From Eledone cirrhosa (lineage: Eukaryota), in assembly GCA_964016885.1 (NCBI GenBank), contig OZ024740.1, forward strand, positions 345,650,001 through 345,714,000: DNA of 64,000 bases, given 5' to 3'. The translations under genes and the position numbers were made by a program. Every line of letters starts with the position of its first letter. The stretch's first letter is position 1. This document shows positions 13,900 to 26,860 of the stretch, in pieces. The notes below the pieces were generated by a model that was given only the letters and a program-made list of their open reading frames with translations, was not told the DNA's origin and made no database searches.

Positions 13900-15160
13900 T
13901 CAATCCTGGTAGCGTTTGTAATATGAAAATGTAGATTTCAAGCGATCGTTACAGTATAACGATCGCTCTATTCTGTTATTTAATAAAATATTTTTGGATT
14001 TCATAATACAAAATATTTCTATGTTACACAATTTACAAAATTCCTGTCCTTGGAAATATGCAGGGACAACACTATTATATCCCATTTTAGGTTAAATTGT
14101 TGGTTATTTTCGCGCAGCTGCCAAGCCTTGTCTGCGAGTGTTGTTACATAACGCTGGTTTTCATGTTTTATCAAGTAACGATATCTATAAAGGCGAGATT
14201 TGAAGGAAGTAGTTGTAGACCCCACATAATAGCACTTCTGGCTACCCGATTCGATAGTACATTTGTATATGATGTTGCGTTCAAGACACTGATTGTTCAA
14301 CGGACACATTCCTGGTTGGACACAGTTACAGTTATAATTATGCGTTGTTGTATTACCATGGATGGGTTGATGAGGTTACTTAGGCAGGACGTGATGTTTT
14401 TTGTTGTTTTGTGATGTTATAGCCGATGTTTTACGTGTATTGCTATGTGTTGGAAGGCGTTTATACAACCGTTTTGCTTAAGCTTTTTTATATGTGGTTC
14501 AATATTAGGGGCGGTTGAATGTGAAAGTCGAATAGTGTTAGGGTTTAAGATTTTATTATATTTATGTGATGTTGGAAAATGTTTTTTAACTAATCGAAAG
14601 AATTGTGAGGGTAGATTGGTTTTAATAGAGTTGTTATATACCGGGTTGTACCATATATACACTTTACATCGCCTTCTGTTTGGTGGTGTGCGACTATTAA
14701 TGTGTATATTGCGGTAGTGTATGTATGGTGGTTATTCTATGCTATTTTTACCTCTATGAGATTTATTTTGGGTGTTTTGGAGAACGTCGACTATATACTC
14801 TATATTATCTAGGTGTCCAGCCTTCCTAAGTGCATCATCATAATATTCGGCATTTTCTTTGAAGGTTTGCTGGTTGGACGGCAGGCGGGAGATTCTAAGG
14901 GAAATATTTCTAGGGATGGATTTAATTATAGAGGGTGGCTGGTTAGAACCCGTATTTACATATTTAAGGTTCTCATTTAGTTTATGGAACAGTTTAATTG
15001 TTTCTGTATTGAGATTCAAAGTAACATCAAGGAAATTAACCTCTCTGAGGTTATATTCAAACATAATATTTAATCGTAGTTCCTTAAAAAGCTTTCTAAT
15101 ATTTTTATATATATATATAACATTTAAAAGTTTACGTACATATAAACTAGACAGAGCCAT
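13900..15160 (-). mobile_element. 5'-truncated, frameshifted Penelope-like element (Naiad-type motifs)
   Basis: VNFLDVTLNL, IWYNPVY...KHFP..HKYNKILNPNTIRLS, CNC...CPLNNQCLERNIIYKC...YVGSTTTSFKSR (GIY-YIG). Confidence 0.85.
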
Positions 15161-15246
15161 ATATATATATACGGTTCTTACATATTTGATATATATTTAT
15201 CCTTATCGAGCCCTCTTTGGATTTTAGTCTTCAAATTTATTATTAT

Positions 15247-15292
<46 letters not shown>

Positions 15293-15295
<3 letters not shown>

Positions 15296-15501
15296 TAGTC
15301 AATTTCTACAGGCTATCAGAAATACTAGGTACATTTACTGTGGCTGTGAATCGCGGATAAAAAGCTATCATTTATTTATCTTTTATTTCTTCATCAGTAT
15401 ATCTTAAACTTATAGCCTCGTTTAAAAGATTTTTTGTATGGTTGATTATGCTGATTGGGAGAAGAAATACTCTATATATGTTATCTAATGATTCTATGGA
15501 C
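15293..15501. repeat. Single-arm, A-retaining relative of the 17872-18453 fold-back, embedded in (TA)n
   Basis: Aligns to 18236-18440, e.g. gattttttgtatggttgattatgctgattgggaga vs gattttttgtatggttggttgtgctgattgggaga. Confidence 0.75.
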
Positions 15502-15508
15502 TTACTTT

Positions 15509-15556
<48 letters not shown>

Positions 15557-16180
15557 TACATATATTTTCAGGAGACAAATCTATATTCAAAACCAGGCTC
15601 ACACTCTTTTGAGAAATATATGTTAGCAAGGATTGCCAAGGAAAAATAATCACAAATTTAAAAAAAAAAAAAAAAAAAACTTATAAAAACATTTCAAAAC
15701 TACTCTCAGTGTTTGAATTATGTCTACAGTTTTCCCTTACTAAATTCTTGATGTGTCCTTTTGAATTTTAGCCGTATAGCTGTTATGAATTGAAATAATC
15801 AAGTAAACCTTGATTATGACTCTTTAGTGAATTAACATCTACAATTTAATTATAAAAATAAGTTGAACTCAATTACCTTTATTTCAGAGCTTCGTGTAAA
15901 TATCAGATGAAATATAATAAAACATAGCATGCGTTGAGCAGCAATTAACAAATTCTAAGCTGGAGACGTCTCCTAATCCCAAATAATTATGATGCATACA
16001 CATATATTTGCATGCGTGCATATATATTTACATTAATCAACTAATGCGTACAATCACTAGCAAATATATAAATAAATATATACAAAACGTCTCATATGCA
16101 AAGAAGCGTTTATAAACGCATTACTGCTTAACGATTGACTAAACTTATGAGACATCTAGTAAATAAATACTTTTGTACGC

Positions 16181-16248
<68 letters not shown>

Positions 16249-16254
16249 AAATAT

Positions 16255-16665
16255 ATATTTCGTAGCTATACAAACACTGGGGCTAACGCCCTCTGGTGAT
16301 GTCCAGCAGAAGCAAGGGGGAGAACCGTCTATGCATTTCAGGCATAACTGGCCTTCGTCAGGACGGTCCCTTCCACCGCTTGCGACTGCTGGACAAGAAG
16401 ACAGCTGAGAATATATACTTTTCTCGTCTGTGTAAATGAGGTGATTAATCTCATTTGGATATGAAGCTGCATAAGTTGGCTCAATCTATAATAAAAAAGA
16501 AATAGGATTTCGGTTCAAGCATAGCTTTATACAATATGTATAAATATTTCATATCTCCTAAGAAATACAGTTTTAGGAAGACGTAGCTATGCAAACACTC
16601 TGGCGATGTCCAGCATAAGCAAGGGGGACAACCGTCTATGCATTTCAGGCTTAACTGGCCTTCAT
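16255..16665 (-). mobile_element. Tandem pLTR-like direct repeat (16255-16360 / 16578-16665) carrying a hammerhead
   Basis: Two ~90-100-bp near-identical copies, flanked by TA/TG repeats. Confidence 0.7.
16322..16369 (-). ncRNA. Intact type I hammerhead ribozyme
   Basis: ggaccgtc-CTGACGA-AGGC-cagttat-GCCT-GAAATGCATA-gacggttc: 8-bp stem I, 4-bp stem II, palindromic ATGCAT stem III, AUA cleavage triplet. Confidence 0.85.
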
Positions 16666-16692
16666 TTTCATTGATCAAGAGTCTCTAACCAC

Positions 16693-16779
<87 letters not shown>

Positions 16780-16782
<3 letters not shown>

Positions 16783-16943
16783 TGACTCCGGGTTGAATCG
16801 GAGGTAACCACAGTAAGTAAGGTACTCAATACATAGCAGAGTATAACAGTTTTAATATAGAATGACTTCTACAGGACTAGAACTGCTTCATTCGTGAGAA
16901 ATCATCAGGAGCTTTCTGACGATTTCTCACGAATGAAACAGTT
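16780..16943. mobile_element. Short pLTR-like fragment ending in a 63-nt fold-back (16881-16943) with hammerhead-like cores on both strands
   Basis: aactgcttcattcgtgagaaatcatcagg...ctgacgatttctcacgaatgaaacagtt; CTGACGA...GAAACAGTT at 16916. Confidence 0.55.
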
Positions 16944-17049
16944 GTATATATGTATAAATGTATGTATGAACGTATGTATGTATGTATGTATGTATGTATG
17001 TATGTATGTATGTATGCATGTGTGTGTGTGTATAAATGTATTTATCGTC

Positions 17050-17597
17050 GAGTCGTTGGCGACTAAACTGGCAACCCCACAAAGGTTTCTTGGTGAGGAG
17101 GGTGACTTTGGACATCCTGCAGGACTAAAAACAAAATCTGTCAAAGGGTAAAGAAGCTCTTAAGAGTCAATGCCCATCCAAAATCACCGGGAGAGATGAC
17201 CCTTTAGCCTTTGTCAAGGTAGAATTCTAGCAGAAGGAAAACTCTGATATAACACCTGCAAACCTGATGGTATCCAATGATGTTGACTTGTCATCTTTTT
17301 GGTAATATCATCTTGGTTAAGAGAGTGGGACTGGCTTTGTGCAGTGCCTTTGCTCACTATACACGGTTCACGGCACAGGCATTGCTTTATATCTGCAGAT
17401 CTCTCTACACTTGTCGTCACATGGTACCAAGGGCCCAGCACTATGTGTCAATAATTGTCACAAGTGTAGTGTTTGAACCAGAGTTTTCAAGTCCCTGGTT
17501 GGACTAAAAGGTCACACTCGTTCAGCGCATCGGTAGGGGTTCATCTACATGGATATAAAGTAGTGGCCGTACTCGAAAACGAGTTGGCAGCCACCAT
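17050..17597 (+). mobile_element. RTE-derived non-autonomous (bipartite) retroelement, copy 1
   Basis: RTE 5'UTR-like gaaggaaaactctgat motif joined to a C-terminal C2H2 remnant; near-identical to 18842-19456 and 62069-62472. Confidence 0.7.
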
Positions 17598-17624
17598 GTG
17601 TATATATATATATGTGTATATATA

Positions 17625-17721
<97 letters not shown>

Positions 17722-17871
17722 ATATATATATATATGTGTATATATATATGTGTATATATATATATATGTGTATATATATATATATGTGTATATATATATA
17801 TGTGTATATATATATATGTATATATATATATGTGTGTATATATATATATGTGTGTATATATATATATGTGT

Positions 17872-18453
17872 ATATATCATGAATCATGTCCTTAGAATTG
17901 TTGGATGGGGTATATACCGTTTCCTCTCCCAATTGGCATGGTTAACCATATGGGAAGTCGGTTGGACCGGGCTATGAGAATGAAGGCTGCTATGAGGAGG
18001 TGTTTGATAAATGGCCGAGGGCGGCCTCTTCGCGGTGGCCCCGGTGGAGTATTTGCCCGGCAGTTCAACAGCATGTGGAGGCTGACTGGGTGTACCGTCA
18101 ACCATGCACAGTTGGGTGTAGGTTTGGACTTGGGGGAGACGTGTACATACCGTGATTAATGAGATGTAATTACGGTATGTACACGTTTCTTCTGGGTTTG
18201 AATTTGCACCTAGTTGTGTGTGGTTGACGGTGTATTTGGTCAGTTTCTGCATGCTGTTGTGATGTTGGGTGAATGCTCTGTTGGGGTCACCGCGAGGGGG
18301 CCGCTTTCGATTGTTTATCAGGTGTTTCTTCATGGTGGCTTTTATTCTTGTGGCCTGGTCTAATTGATTTTTTGTATGGTTGGTTGTGCTGATTGGGAGA
18401 GGAAGTGGTGTATGTTTTGTCTGATGGTTCTAGGGACATGATTTATGATATAT
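17872..18453 (+). other. 287-bp ungapped inverted repeat (8-nt loop 18159-18166) forming a G.U-rich hairpin only as + strand RNA
   Basis: All pairs satisfy i+j=36325; manual count ~88 GC, ~103 AU, ~93 GU, 3 mismatches. Confidence 0.95.
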
Positions 18454-18841
18454 TGCTCTGATTATTTAATTTATTAATTCTTCATTGAGCCACAACGTGA
18501 CCGGTTGCCACATATATATCTGTGACTTTATGTTTATATAAATCTTTATATATATGTGTGTATATATATGTGTGTGTATATATGTGTATATATATATATA
18601 TATATGTGTATATATATATGTGTATATATATGTGTGTATATATATATATGTGTATATATATATATGTATATATATATGTGTATATATATATATGTGTATA
18701 TATATGTGTATGTCTATATGTATGTGTATGTGTATATATATGTGTATGTGTATATATATGTGTATTTATATATATATGTATGTATATATATATGTGTATG
18801 TAAGTATATGTGTATGTATATATATGTGTATATATATATCA

Positions 18842-19456
18842 TCAGGTCACCAGTTGGTGCTACTGGTAACATGTATCCCAGTACAACCTGTCTCATGGGT
18901 CGGGTCGTTGGCGACTAAACTGGCAACCCCACAAAGGTTTCTTGGTGAGGAGGGTGACTTTGGACATCCTGCAGGACTAAAAACAAAACCTGTCAAAGGT
19001 CAAAGGGCAAAGGAGCTCTTAAGAGTCACTGGCCATCCCAAATAACCGGGAGAGATGACCCCTTAGCCTTTGTCAAAGCAGAATTGTAGGAGAAGGAAAA
19101 CTCTGATATAACACCTGCAACCCTGATGGTATCCAATGATGTTGACTTGTTCTTCTTTTTGGTAAATATCATCTTGGTTAAGAGAGTGGGACAGGCTTTG
19201 TGCAGTGCCTTTGCTCACTATAAAAGCTTCACGGCACAGGCATTGCTTTATATCTGGAGATTTCTCTGCATTTGTCGTTACATGGTACCATGGGCCCAGC
19301 ACTATGTGTCAATAATTGTCACAAGTGTAGTGTTTGTAGAGTTTTCAAGTCGCTGGCTGGACTAAAAAGTCACACTCTTTCAGCGCATCGGTGGGGGTTC
19401 TTCTACATGGATATAAAGTAGTGGCCGTACTCGAAAACGAGTTGGCAGCCACCATG
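18842..19456 (+). mobile_element. RTE-derived non-autonomous retroelement, copy 2 (longest)
   Basis: High identity to 17050-17597; ends gagttggcagccaccat followed by (TATG)n. Confidence 0.7.
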
Positions 19457-20303
19457 TACATATGTATGTATATATATATATATGCCTGAACGTTTGTATG
19501 TATGTACGTATGTATATATTTATATTATCATATAAACCCGAACTTTTCTTTGTAAATCTGGAAACAACGTTACCAATTCTCAGCAGTTAATTATTATTCC
19601 AAATTGATTAAATTGCCAGCGGTCTTTCAATGGGGAGTGGAATGGTGCGGTTACGTGAAGTCACCTTTATATGTATTAAGAATAACTACATCTATACCAG
19701 CAATACAATTATTAATCATCATTGTCTGCTCCAATAGCAGCGTCATTACTAACAACAAACTTGATTAATAACTATAAAAAGTGTTATTTACGTTGACAAA
19801 ATCATTAACCATATGAATGCGCAGAAAAACCATTAATATCATTATCGTCATTAGAAATGTTGTCGTGGTCGTAGTCAACTTTGTAGTCGCTGTTTTAGTC
19901 ATTTACGACGTCACCTCCTTCATCTTCAATGTTTAGAAATAAGAAATAGCAGAATAGACGCTCAAATCTTTATCAGAATGGCTTAAGTCATCGGAGGCCA
20001 GAAATATTTTACAGATTGTCCTCATATCCATCAATCTCGAAATTCCAGGGGAAAAATGTCATCGTGTTGTTCTTCTCGTTACCGAATAAATACCTAGATA
20101 ACCGAATAAACAATATCTATTATTCAGGAGAAGAAAGGACACTTTGCATAATATAAACCTACATATCCTTAAATATACATCAATGTAATTTCTTGATTTG
20201 ATTGATCTGGGCCTTAATAACAACATCGATAATAATATAATTTCCTATGTGAAATTCATATTTTATTCCCGAATTATAACTTTCCACTGGCAATTACAGT
20301 TAT

Positions 20304-20437
20304 TTACGGCCCTTTACGGTCTGAGTTCAAAACCCACCGAGGTTAACTTTGCCTTTCATCCCTACGGGGTCGATAAAATAAAGTACCAGTAATGCACTGG
20401 GTAATTGCTGGCCTTGTGCCAAAAAAGTGAAAGCGTT
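20304..20437 (+). mobile_element. Nin-domain SINE, 5'-truncated
   Basis: ctgagttcaaaacccaccgaggttaactttgcctttcatccctacggggtcgataaaataaagtaccag. Confidence 0.8.
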
Positions 20438-21534
20438 TATAATTTATATCCAATTTAAACCTGGATGTGCAGACATATTTTAATATAATGCATACAATCC
20501 TTGACTATTAATCATGTGATTGATGCTATCTAAAATTATGTAATTTGGCATGTATATCAAAAACTATATTGTTTAAAGTGTTCTTTATGTGAAAATATGC
20601 AGTATGTTTCAGGAGGATGATGGGTTAAGATTTTTGGCGGATCATGTAAACCTGTAGATTCTTCTCCATTGATATAGTGAGGATTTACGTTATTATACAA
20701 AATATTTTGCTTCCAGTGACTAGAATTTCTCGTGTCACCTCCACTCAAATACAATGGTCTCAACTTCCTATTCTCTTTTCATTACTCATGTTAACTTCTA
20801 TATCTGATGTCCTCCAACCCTAGAACCACAATTCTCTGGCATTCCCACATTTGCTCCTATCATTTCTACAAACTTCAACTTACAACAGTTCAAGTGGAAT
20901 ATCGATGGTATGAACCTCACCGGTTTTGTTGGTCCTGATAAGGTCATGGGCACTATCCTTTTTGTAGGCCTAGCAAAAAAAGAAAAATAATAAAATAAAG
21001 ATAAATAAAACAACAAAACAACAACAAAAGTTGTGGGCGTACTTACAGTAAGTATATATATTTTTATTTATGTTTCTATTTATCTAAAGTATTTCTTGTT
21101 TACAGTTGTTTCTTTGTCGAAGTGTTTTCAGTAGTTTGAAACTTAAATCCGATTGTAACGAAGATCTTTCTGTAGGCTTTCAACATATCTTTCCTTTAAC
21201 TTTGATATTTGTTTAAATTTTGTGAGTGACGAGTTCAAGTGTTGAGAATACTTCCGATAAGTCTCTGTCTTCCTTCTCGCCCTTCCTTTGTTTATTTGTT
21301 TGTTTCAATGTTTCTTCTCTTACATACTTTTTTTCTTTCATACTCTCTTTCTTTTCTTGTCATTCTCTTGACCTCACACACTTAGCAGATTCAGAAAAGT
21401 GATACGTTTCTATTTTTTCTATTTGTTTTATCACTGACAAAAGTTTTGACCACCCAGTGCTATTTGCTGGCAAGCAAAGTATTCTATAACATACAGTGTG
21501 AACGTCTGCCTGCTGTATCCTCCTCCTTCCCCTC

Positions 21535-21648
21535 CTTCTTCTTCTTCTTCTTCTTCTTCTTCTTCTTCTTCTTCTTCTTCTTCTTCTTCTTCTTCTTCTT
21601 CTTCTTCTTCTTCTTCTTCTTCTTCTTCTTCTTCTTCTTCTTCTTCTT
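21535..21648. repeat. (TTC)n microsatellite
   Basis: Pure repeat. Confidence 0.95.
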
Positions 21649-21699
21649 TACTCCTTCTACTTCTTCTACAACGTGATGTACGCGTTCTCAACTTCAACC

Positions 21700-23290
21700 C
21701 TTGCGGCACATTACTGAGGGAGAGGAAGAGACAACTTACTCGTTAACTTGTCCCAGTTGCTGAAGTTCCAGACCTAAACCGACCCGAGCAACTTAAATAG
21801 TTTATTCTCCCAGCGTCCAGCGACGCTGATGAAGGACGTGGATTTGCTTCCCCACGTGCCGATCTGTAAACCCAACGACTTTTGCGGTTCGATATTTGGC
21901 CCCGTCAAGTTTTCGTGTTTCTTTAAAATTTGCTGACTACCTTTATTTCCGATCTGTTCGACATCATCACCGTAACATTTTCCGCATATATCGACGCATA
22001 ATTTCACGTCCGGGTTTGATCGTGATTCCCTGCAACGGCCCTAGTTATCGCAGTAGTGCTTTTGAGAGTCATTACGTACAAACGAGAGGAAAAAAAGATT
22101 TCTTGGCGGACCGAGTCCATAATTTGGGACGGTTTCAATACGTAGCAATTTACTTTGACAACCGAACTAATGACGGTGTGCATTGCAGCAATCCAGCCAC
22201 TAAAGTCGGGGAGGGAGCCAGCTGCATTGAGGACAGCCTACGGGTATCTATAGTTGATCTTATCGAATGCTTTTGATGAACCCAAATTGATCAGAGCCCC
22301 ACCGAACACAGGTTTACACCGTATTCTCTCTACAATATATCGCATTAGGCGGAGGATGTCTTGCGTTAACCTGCTTGGGTTTGCGCAGGTCTGCCCCTCC
22401 CGTAACAGACTCATGATAAAAGTCGCCAACCTCGTTGCTTGCAACTTAACCAAAACCTTAAACCCTCTATTGAGCTGAGTTATGAACCGGAAATTATCAA
22501 CAGCGTACACTTTTATTCTCAGCTTTACTCATTAGCGTTCTACGCCCTAACACACATAAGTGATAATTCTCCTGCCATGCCATTGCAGTAGACACATTCG
22601 AAGACATCGAAGAAGAAGTTTGGCATGTATACGTACAAATTGATAATCCAAACCTTTTGATATGCACCTCGGACAGACGGCCAAGACTTCCCTTAACTTA
22701 GTTTCAGTTATTCATTTTTCGCCGCACTCCGCATCAATCAACAAGAGATGTGTAGGACCGTCTCTGATATCTAACTCGCTCCGAACATACACGCAAAGTG
22801 CTGCCGAATAGCCGCACACATCTGCCAACTCAGCACTATCGGAAAGCTTTCATTCTCACGTTTCTTAGAGCACGCATCTTAGCTCAGACAATCCCACAAT
22901 GTTTCATTGCCATTGTTGCAATTTGCACGTTGGTTGCAATACTGAACCTTACCGCTTCTTCTAATTTAGCAAGTCCCCCCACCTATTTCAAATGTTTCCT
23001 ACTACAACTACTTTTTTACTAAATGCTATTAATACTAATCTAACCTCTCTCTTGATAGTGGCTCAACATCTGATGTTTATAACTGCCCTTCTCAGCCGGG
23101 GCTAAATTAATGTTCTATTTCTGTTGCTATAGTCTTTAGACACCGGGAACAACGCGTTAAGCTTCCAGTTACCGGGTCTTTGTCTACATATTCTATGCAG
23201 GTCGTCCATGCAGAACACGAACTTGTGGTCGAAATGGGCGTACATTTTATATTTTGGACACCCCATGCTATCCCTCTCTGATAATCTAAT
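21700..23290 (-). mobile_element. Heavily decayed Tx1/L1-clade LINE (EN-RT part)
   Basis: RPGNWKLN, LMRYIVER...FGGALINLGSSKAFD, YGDDV, GLQIGTW; homologous to 31330-35200. Confidence 0.8.
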
Positions 23291-23638
23291 CAAAAGATTA
23301 TGTTAGCGAAAGAACTTGCTAAACAATTCGGAGAATTAATATATATATATATATATACACGCACGCACATCACATGCACACACATACGTACACACACACA
23401 CATATAGAGACACACGCACACATATATATGTATGTATATACATATGCACACATATGCATATATTATATATATATATATATTATATATATATATATTATAT
23501 ATTATATATTATATATATATATATATATAATATATATATATTATATATATATATATATATTAATATATATATATAATATATATATATATTATATATTATA
23601 TATTATATATATATATATTATATATATATATATACACT

Positions 23639-23819
23639 GGCGGTGGATTGGCATTATCGGTAGAGGGTCGGACGCCATGCTTTGAAGCATAGAGTTACGT
23701 CCCTTTATGATTTGAGTTCAAATCCCGCCGAGGTTGACTTTGCCTTTCATCCTTACGCGGTCGATAAAATAAAGTACCAGTAATGCACTGGATAATTGTG
23801 GCCTTGTGCCAAAAGTAGA

Positions 23820-23827
<8 letters not shown>
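23639..23827 (+). mobile_element. Nin-domain SINE, full length
   Basis: tRNA-like head (ggcggtggattggc, gagttcaaatccc) plus core and tail. Confidence 0.85.
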
Positions 23828-23877
<50 letters not shown>

Positions 23878-24512
23878 CATATGAAAAATTCTGATCAAGC
23901 TGTTGAAACGGCAGGAGCTCAGCCGTCAGGATCCCAAGTTTGCATAATACCCAATGTACTAACCTAAGTATCGAGTACACTGGTGAGTTATGTTCTAGTT
24001 GGTTTTTACTGCATATGTGTTTTGAACAATGAAAGTAAAACAGAAGTCGAAGATATGTGCTCAATTATACTTACGGTCATTTCAGAGTGTTGATTGATCC
24101 TGATAAATCAATATATTGACAAAATGCTTTTGAGGAAGAAGGTGAGATGGATAATAGGTTGTAGCAGACTAATACCAGTAGCACCAGGAATGATTCCGAA
24201 CCTTCCTTTAAATTTACCTTATACTCATTAATATGCCTCTCCTCCAGTGGTCTGAGATTGTACCAACGCGTCTTGTCAGGTAAGGCATAAATTCTTTGGA
24301 ATTACATTTTGGATAACCATGTTCAATGTGATATTTGTCAAAAAACATGCAAGTCACCTGCAGGATAGAAGCAGCTCTTAAATTCTTAAATATTCAAAAT
24401 ATACCATGCTGAAAGAGATTTTGCTGGTGTATTTGTGATCAGCTCTTCAAATGCTATTCAGTACACAAATGTCATTTAAGATCTCACGCTAGAAAAGAGA
24501 AGACTGTCTGTC

Positions 24513-24551
<39 letters not shown>

Positions 24552-24556
24552 GCACC

Positions 24557-24663
<107 letters not shown>

Positions 24664-25063
24664 TATCTCTTACATTTACTTCTACCATATCAACAAATTT
24701 GTCCATAGTTGCCTCCCACGAACTCTTAGTTTCGCCTTTATTTCAATATATACCACATTATTTTCAATTCTTTTAAATGCTTTTTGTTTTCTTATTTCTC
24801 CTCACATCCTGCACCTATATTTCATTACGTATTAATTATTGCTCAAACATTACTAATTCCGTCGTTAAAATTTCATGACCTCTTCTCCTTCTTTATAATT
24901 ACTCTTATAATTAAAATTACGATTGCATGTAGGATATCTTTCATGTGCGTGACAGTGAATTTCAATGTCTGTTAAAAATCGTATCTTTTGAAATGTTCAT
25001 ACTCTCTTTCATACTTACACACACGCTTCCCCGCCTCATCATACATGTGTGTGTGTGTGGGGG

Positions 25064-25156
<93 letters not shown>

Positions 25157-25638
25157 CGTGTGTTTGTAATTCATGTTTCATTAAATGTATGTAGGTAGTT
25201 TAAATGGTAGATATGCATGTCGAGTTTGATTGTGTATATATTGTATATATTGTGTATATACATGTATATACTCAAAGTCTAATATTGTGTCAACACATGA
25301 GTTTACTCGATTAGTGTACACATATGGACCTGTGTTTGTGCCTGTGTAATAGAAAATGTGTGTGAATGTGTTTGTGTGGGTGGATGCATGAGTGAAAATG
25401 TGTGGGTGCTTGCGTAAATGGTGGAATAAGTTCGATAGGTGCAAGATTACATACGTACGTTCTGGTTATTCCTGCTATTCAGTGCAATATGACTCAGAGC
25501 TAGCATTAATATATTTAATACGTATTCAGAAGCTATGTTGACCAGGACAATCTTGATGTCAAAGATAATAGCGATAATGATATCTATATTTGCCACAATA
25601 TACCTATATATGAGTGTATATAGAAATATCACTGACAG

Positions 25639-25824
25639 ATGATTGGCAGTATCGGTAGAGGGTCAGACGCCATGCTTTGACGCATAGAGTTACTGCCCTT
25701 GCCATTATGATTTCAAATCCCGCCAAGGTTAACTTTGCCTTTCATCCTTACGGCGTCGATAAAATAAAGTACCAGTAATACACTGGTTTATTGCTGGCCT
25801 TGTGCCAAAAGTAGAAACAATTAT
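25639..25824 (+). mobile_element. Nin-domain SINE
   Basis: Same family sequence. Confidence 0.85.
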
Positions 25825-25897
25825 TTACTATACATAAACGGAACAGATATAATAACATATACATATCTATTTCCATGCATACTTGTATATAAAGTAA

Positions 25898-25936
<39 letters not shown>

Positions 25937-25959
25937 TACACATAAACACTAAATATTTT

Positions 25960-26860
25960 CTTCCTTTCTGTATTCCTCCACCGCCACCAAACTTGGCCGG
26001 ACATTTCACGTCTCCACCGTCTACTTCCTCACTAAAATTAACAAACATAATCTTAGACGTCTCACCATCTCCCTCCCTATATAACTGCCCAATAGTTTGT
26101 TTCAAAACATCTCAACACAATTCGTTCACACTCAGCCTCTGACCTACCTTCCCAATTTCACGATAATAATCATACCCTCAGCGCTTTCAAGTCCTTCTTA
26201 TCCCTTGGCCCTTCCTGCATTTTCTTCAGCATGATAACTTCTCTTCTACATAGCTCGTGATAATAATCTACGAGCTCTCCATTAATTTCTGTATCTACGT
26301 CCAACATTCCTGCGTATTACTATGCACTCTCATCTTCCTTACTGTGCTGGTTCTTAAATTCGATTTGTTTTTTGTTACGCAGAGTTTTCTATCAGCCAGT
26401 CAGTCTTGTAGCCATAGGATCCATAATGGGTCTCACCTATCCCAACTTGTTAATTAGTTAGGTAGAAGCCTAAAACGGATAGTAATAAATTTGACAGACC
26501 AGAATTATATGCTCGTGATATCTGTCCCATTTTCTCATTGCACTCCTGCGTTCACATTCTGATTCTCAGAATCCCCAGTCCAATTTCTACAGACCACCCT
26601 TACTATAACATCTCGACATCCAATATCTACAGACCTACTAACTCCTACACTTATCTCGACTTGATCTAATATCACCCCACCCCATCAAACTTTGCATATT
26701 TGACTCCCAATTTCAGCGTGTCAACCGTATTTGTAATGTAGACAATGATTTTCAGATCCGGTCTGAACAAAAGGACTCTCAATTCATTCAACGAGTATAG
26801 CACCCACACACATTCTTCGAGGCAAACCTCACCCGTGCTCATGAAATCGACTGGACCTCA
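25960..26860 (+). mobile_element. Heavily decayed Penelope-like RT fragment
   Basis: Remnants VYFLTKINK (for FYxLPKIHK), IYRPTNSYTYLD...HP, SQFQRVNRIC. Confidence 0.55.

Noticed and set aside
17884-18333. 149-aa minus-strand ORF across the hairpin
   Set aside because: No recognisable domain; openness is expected because T>C changes on this strand remove stop codons, and the A-restored sequence contains stops.
17872-18453. CpG decay or a MITE as explanation of the hairpin
   Set aside because: Decay is strand-symmetric and would give many A.C pairs and indels; only one A.C pair is seen and many CpGs persist.
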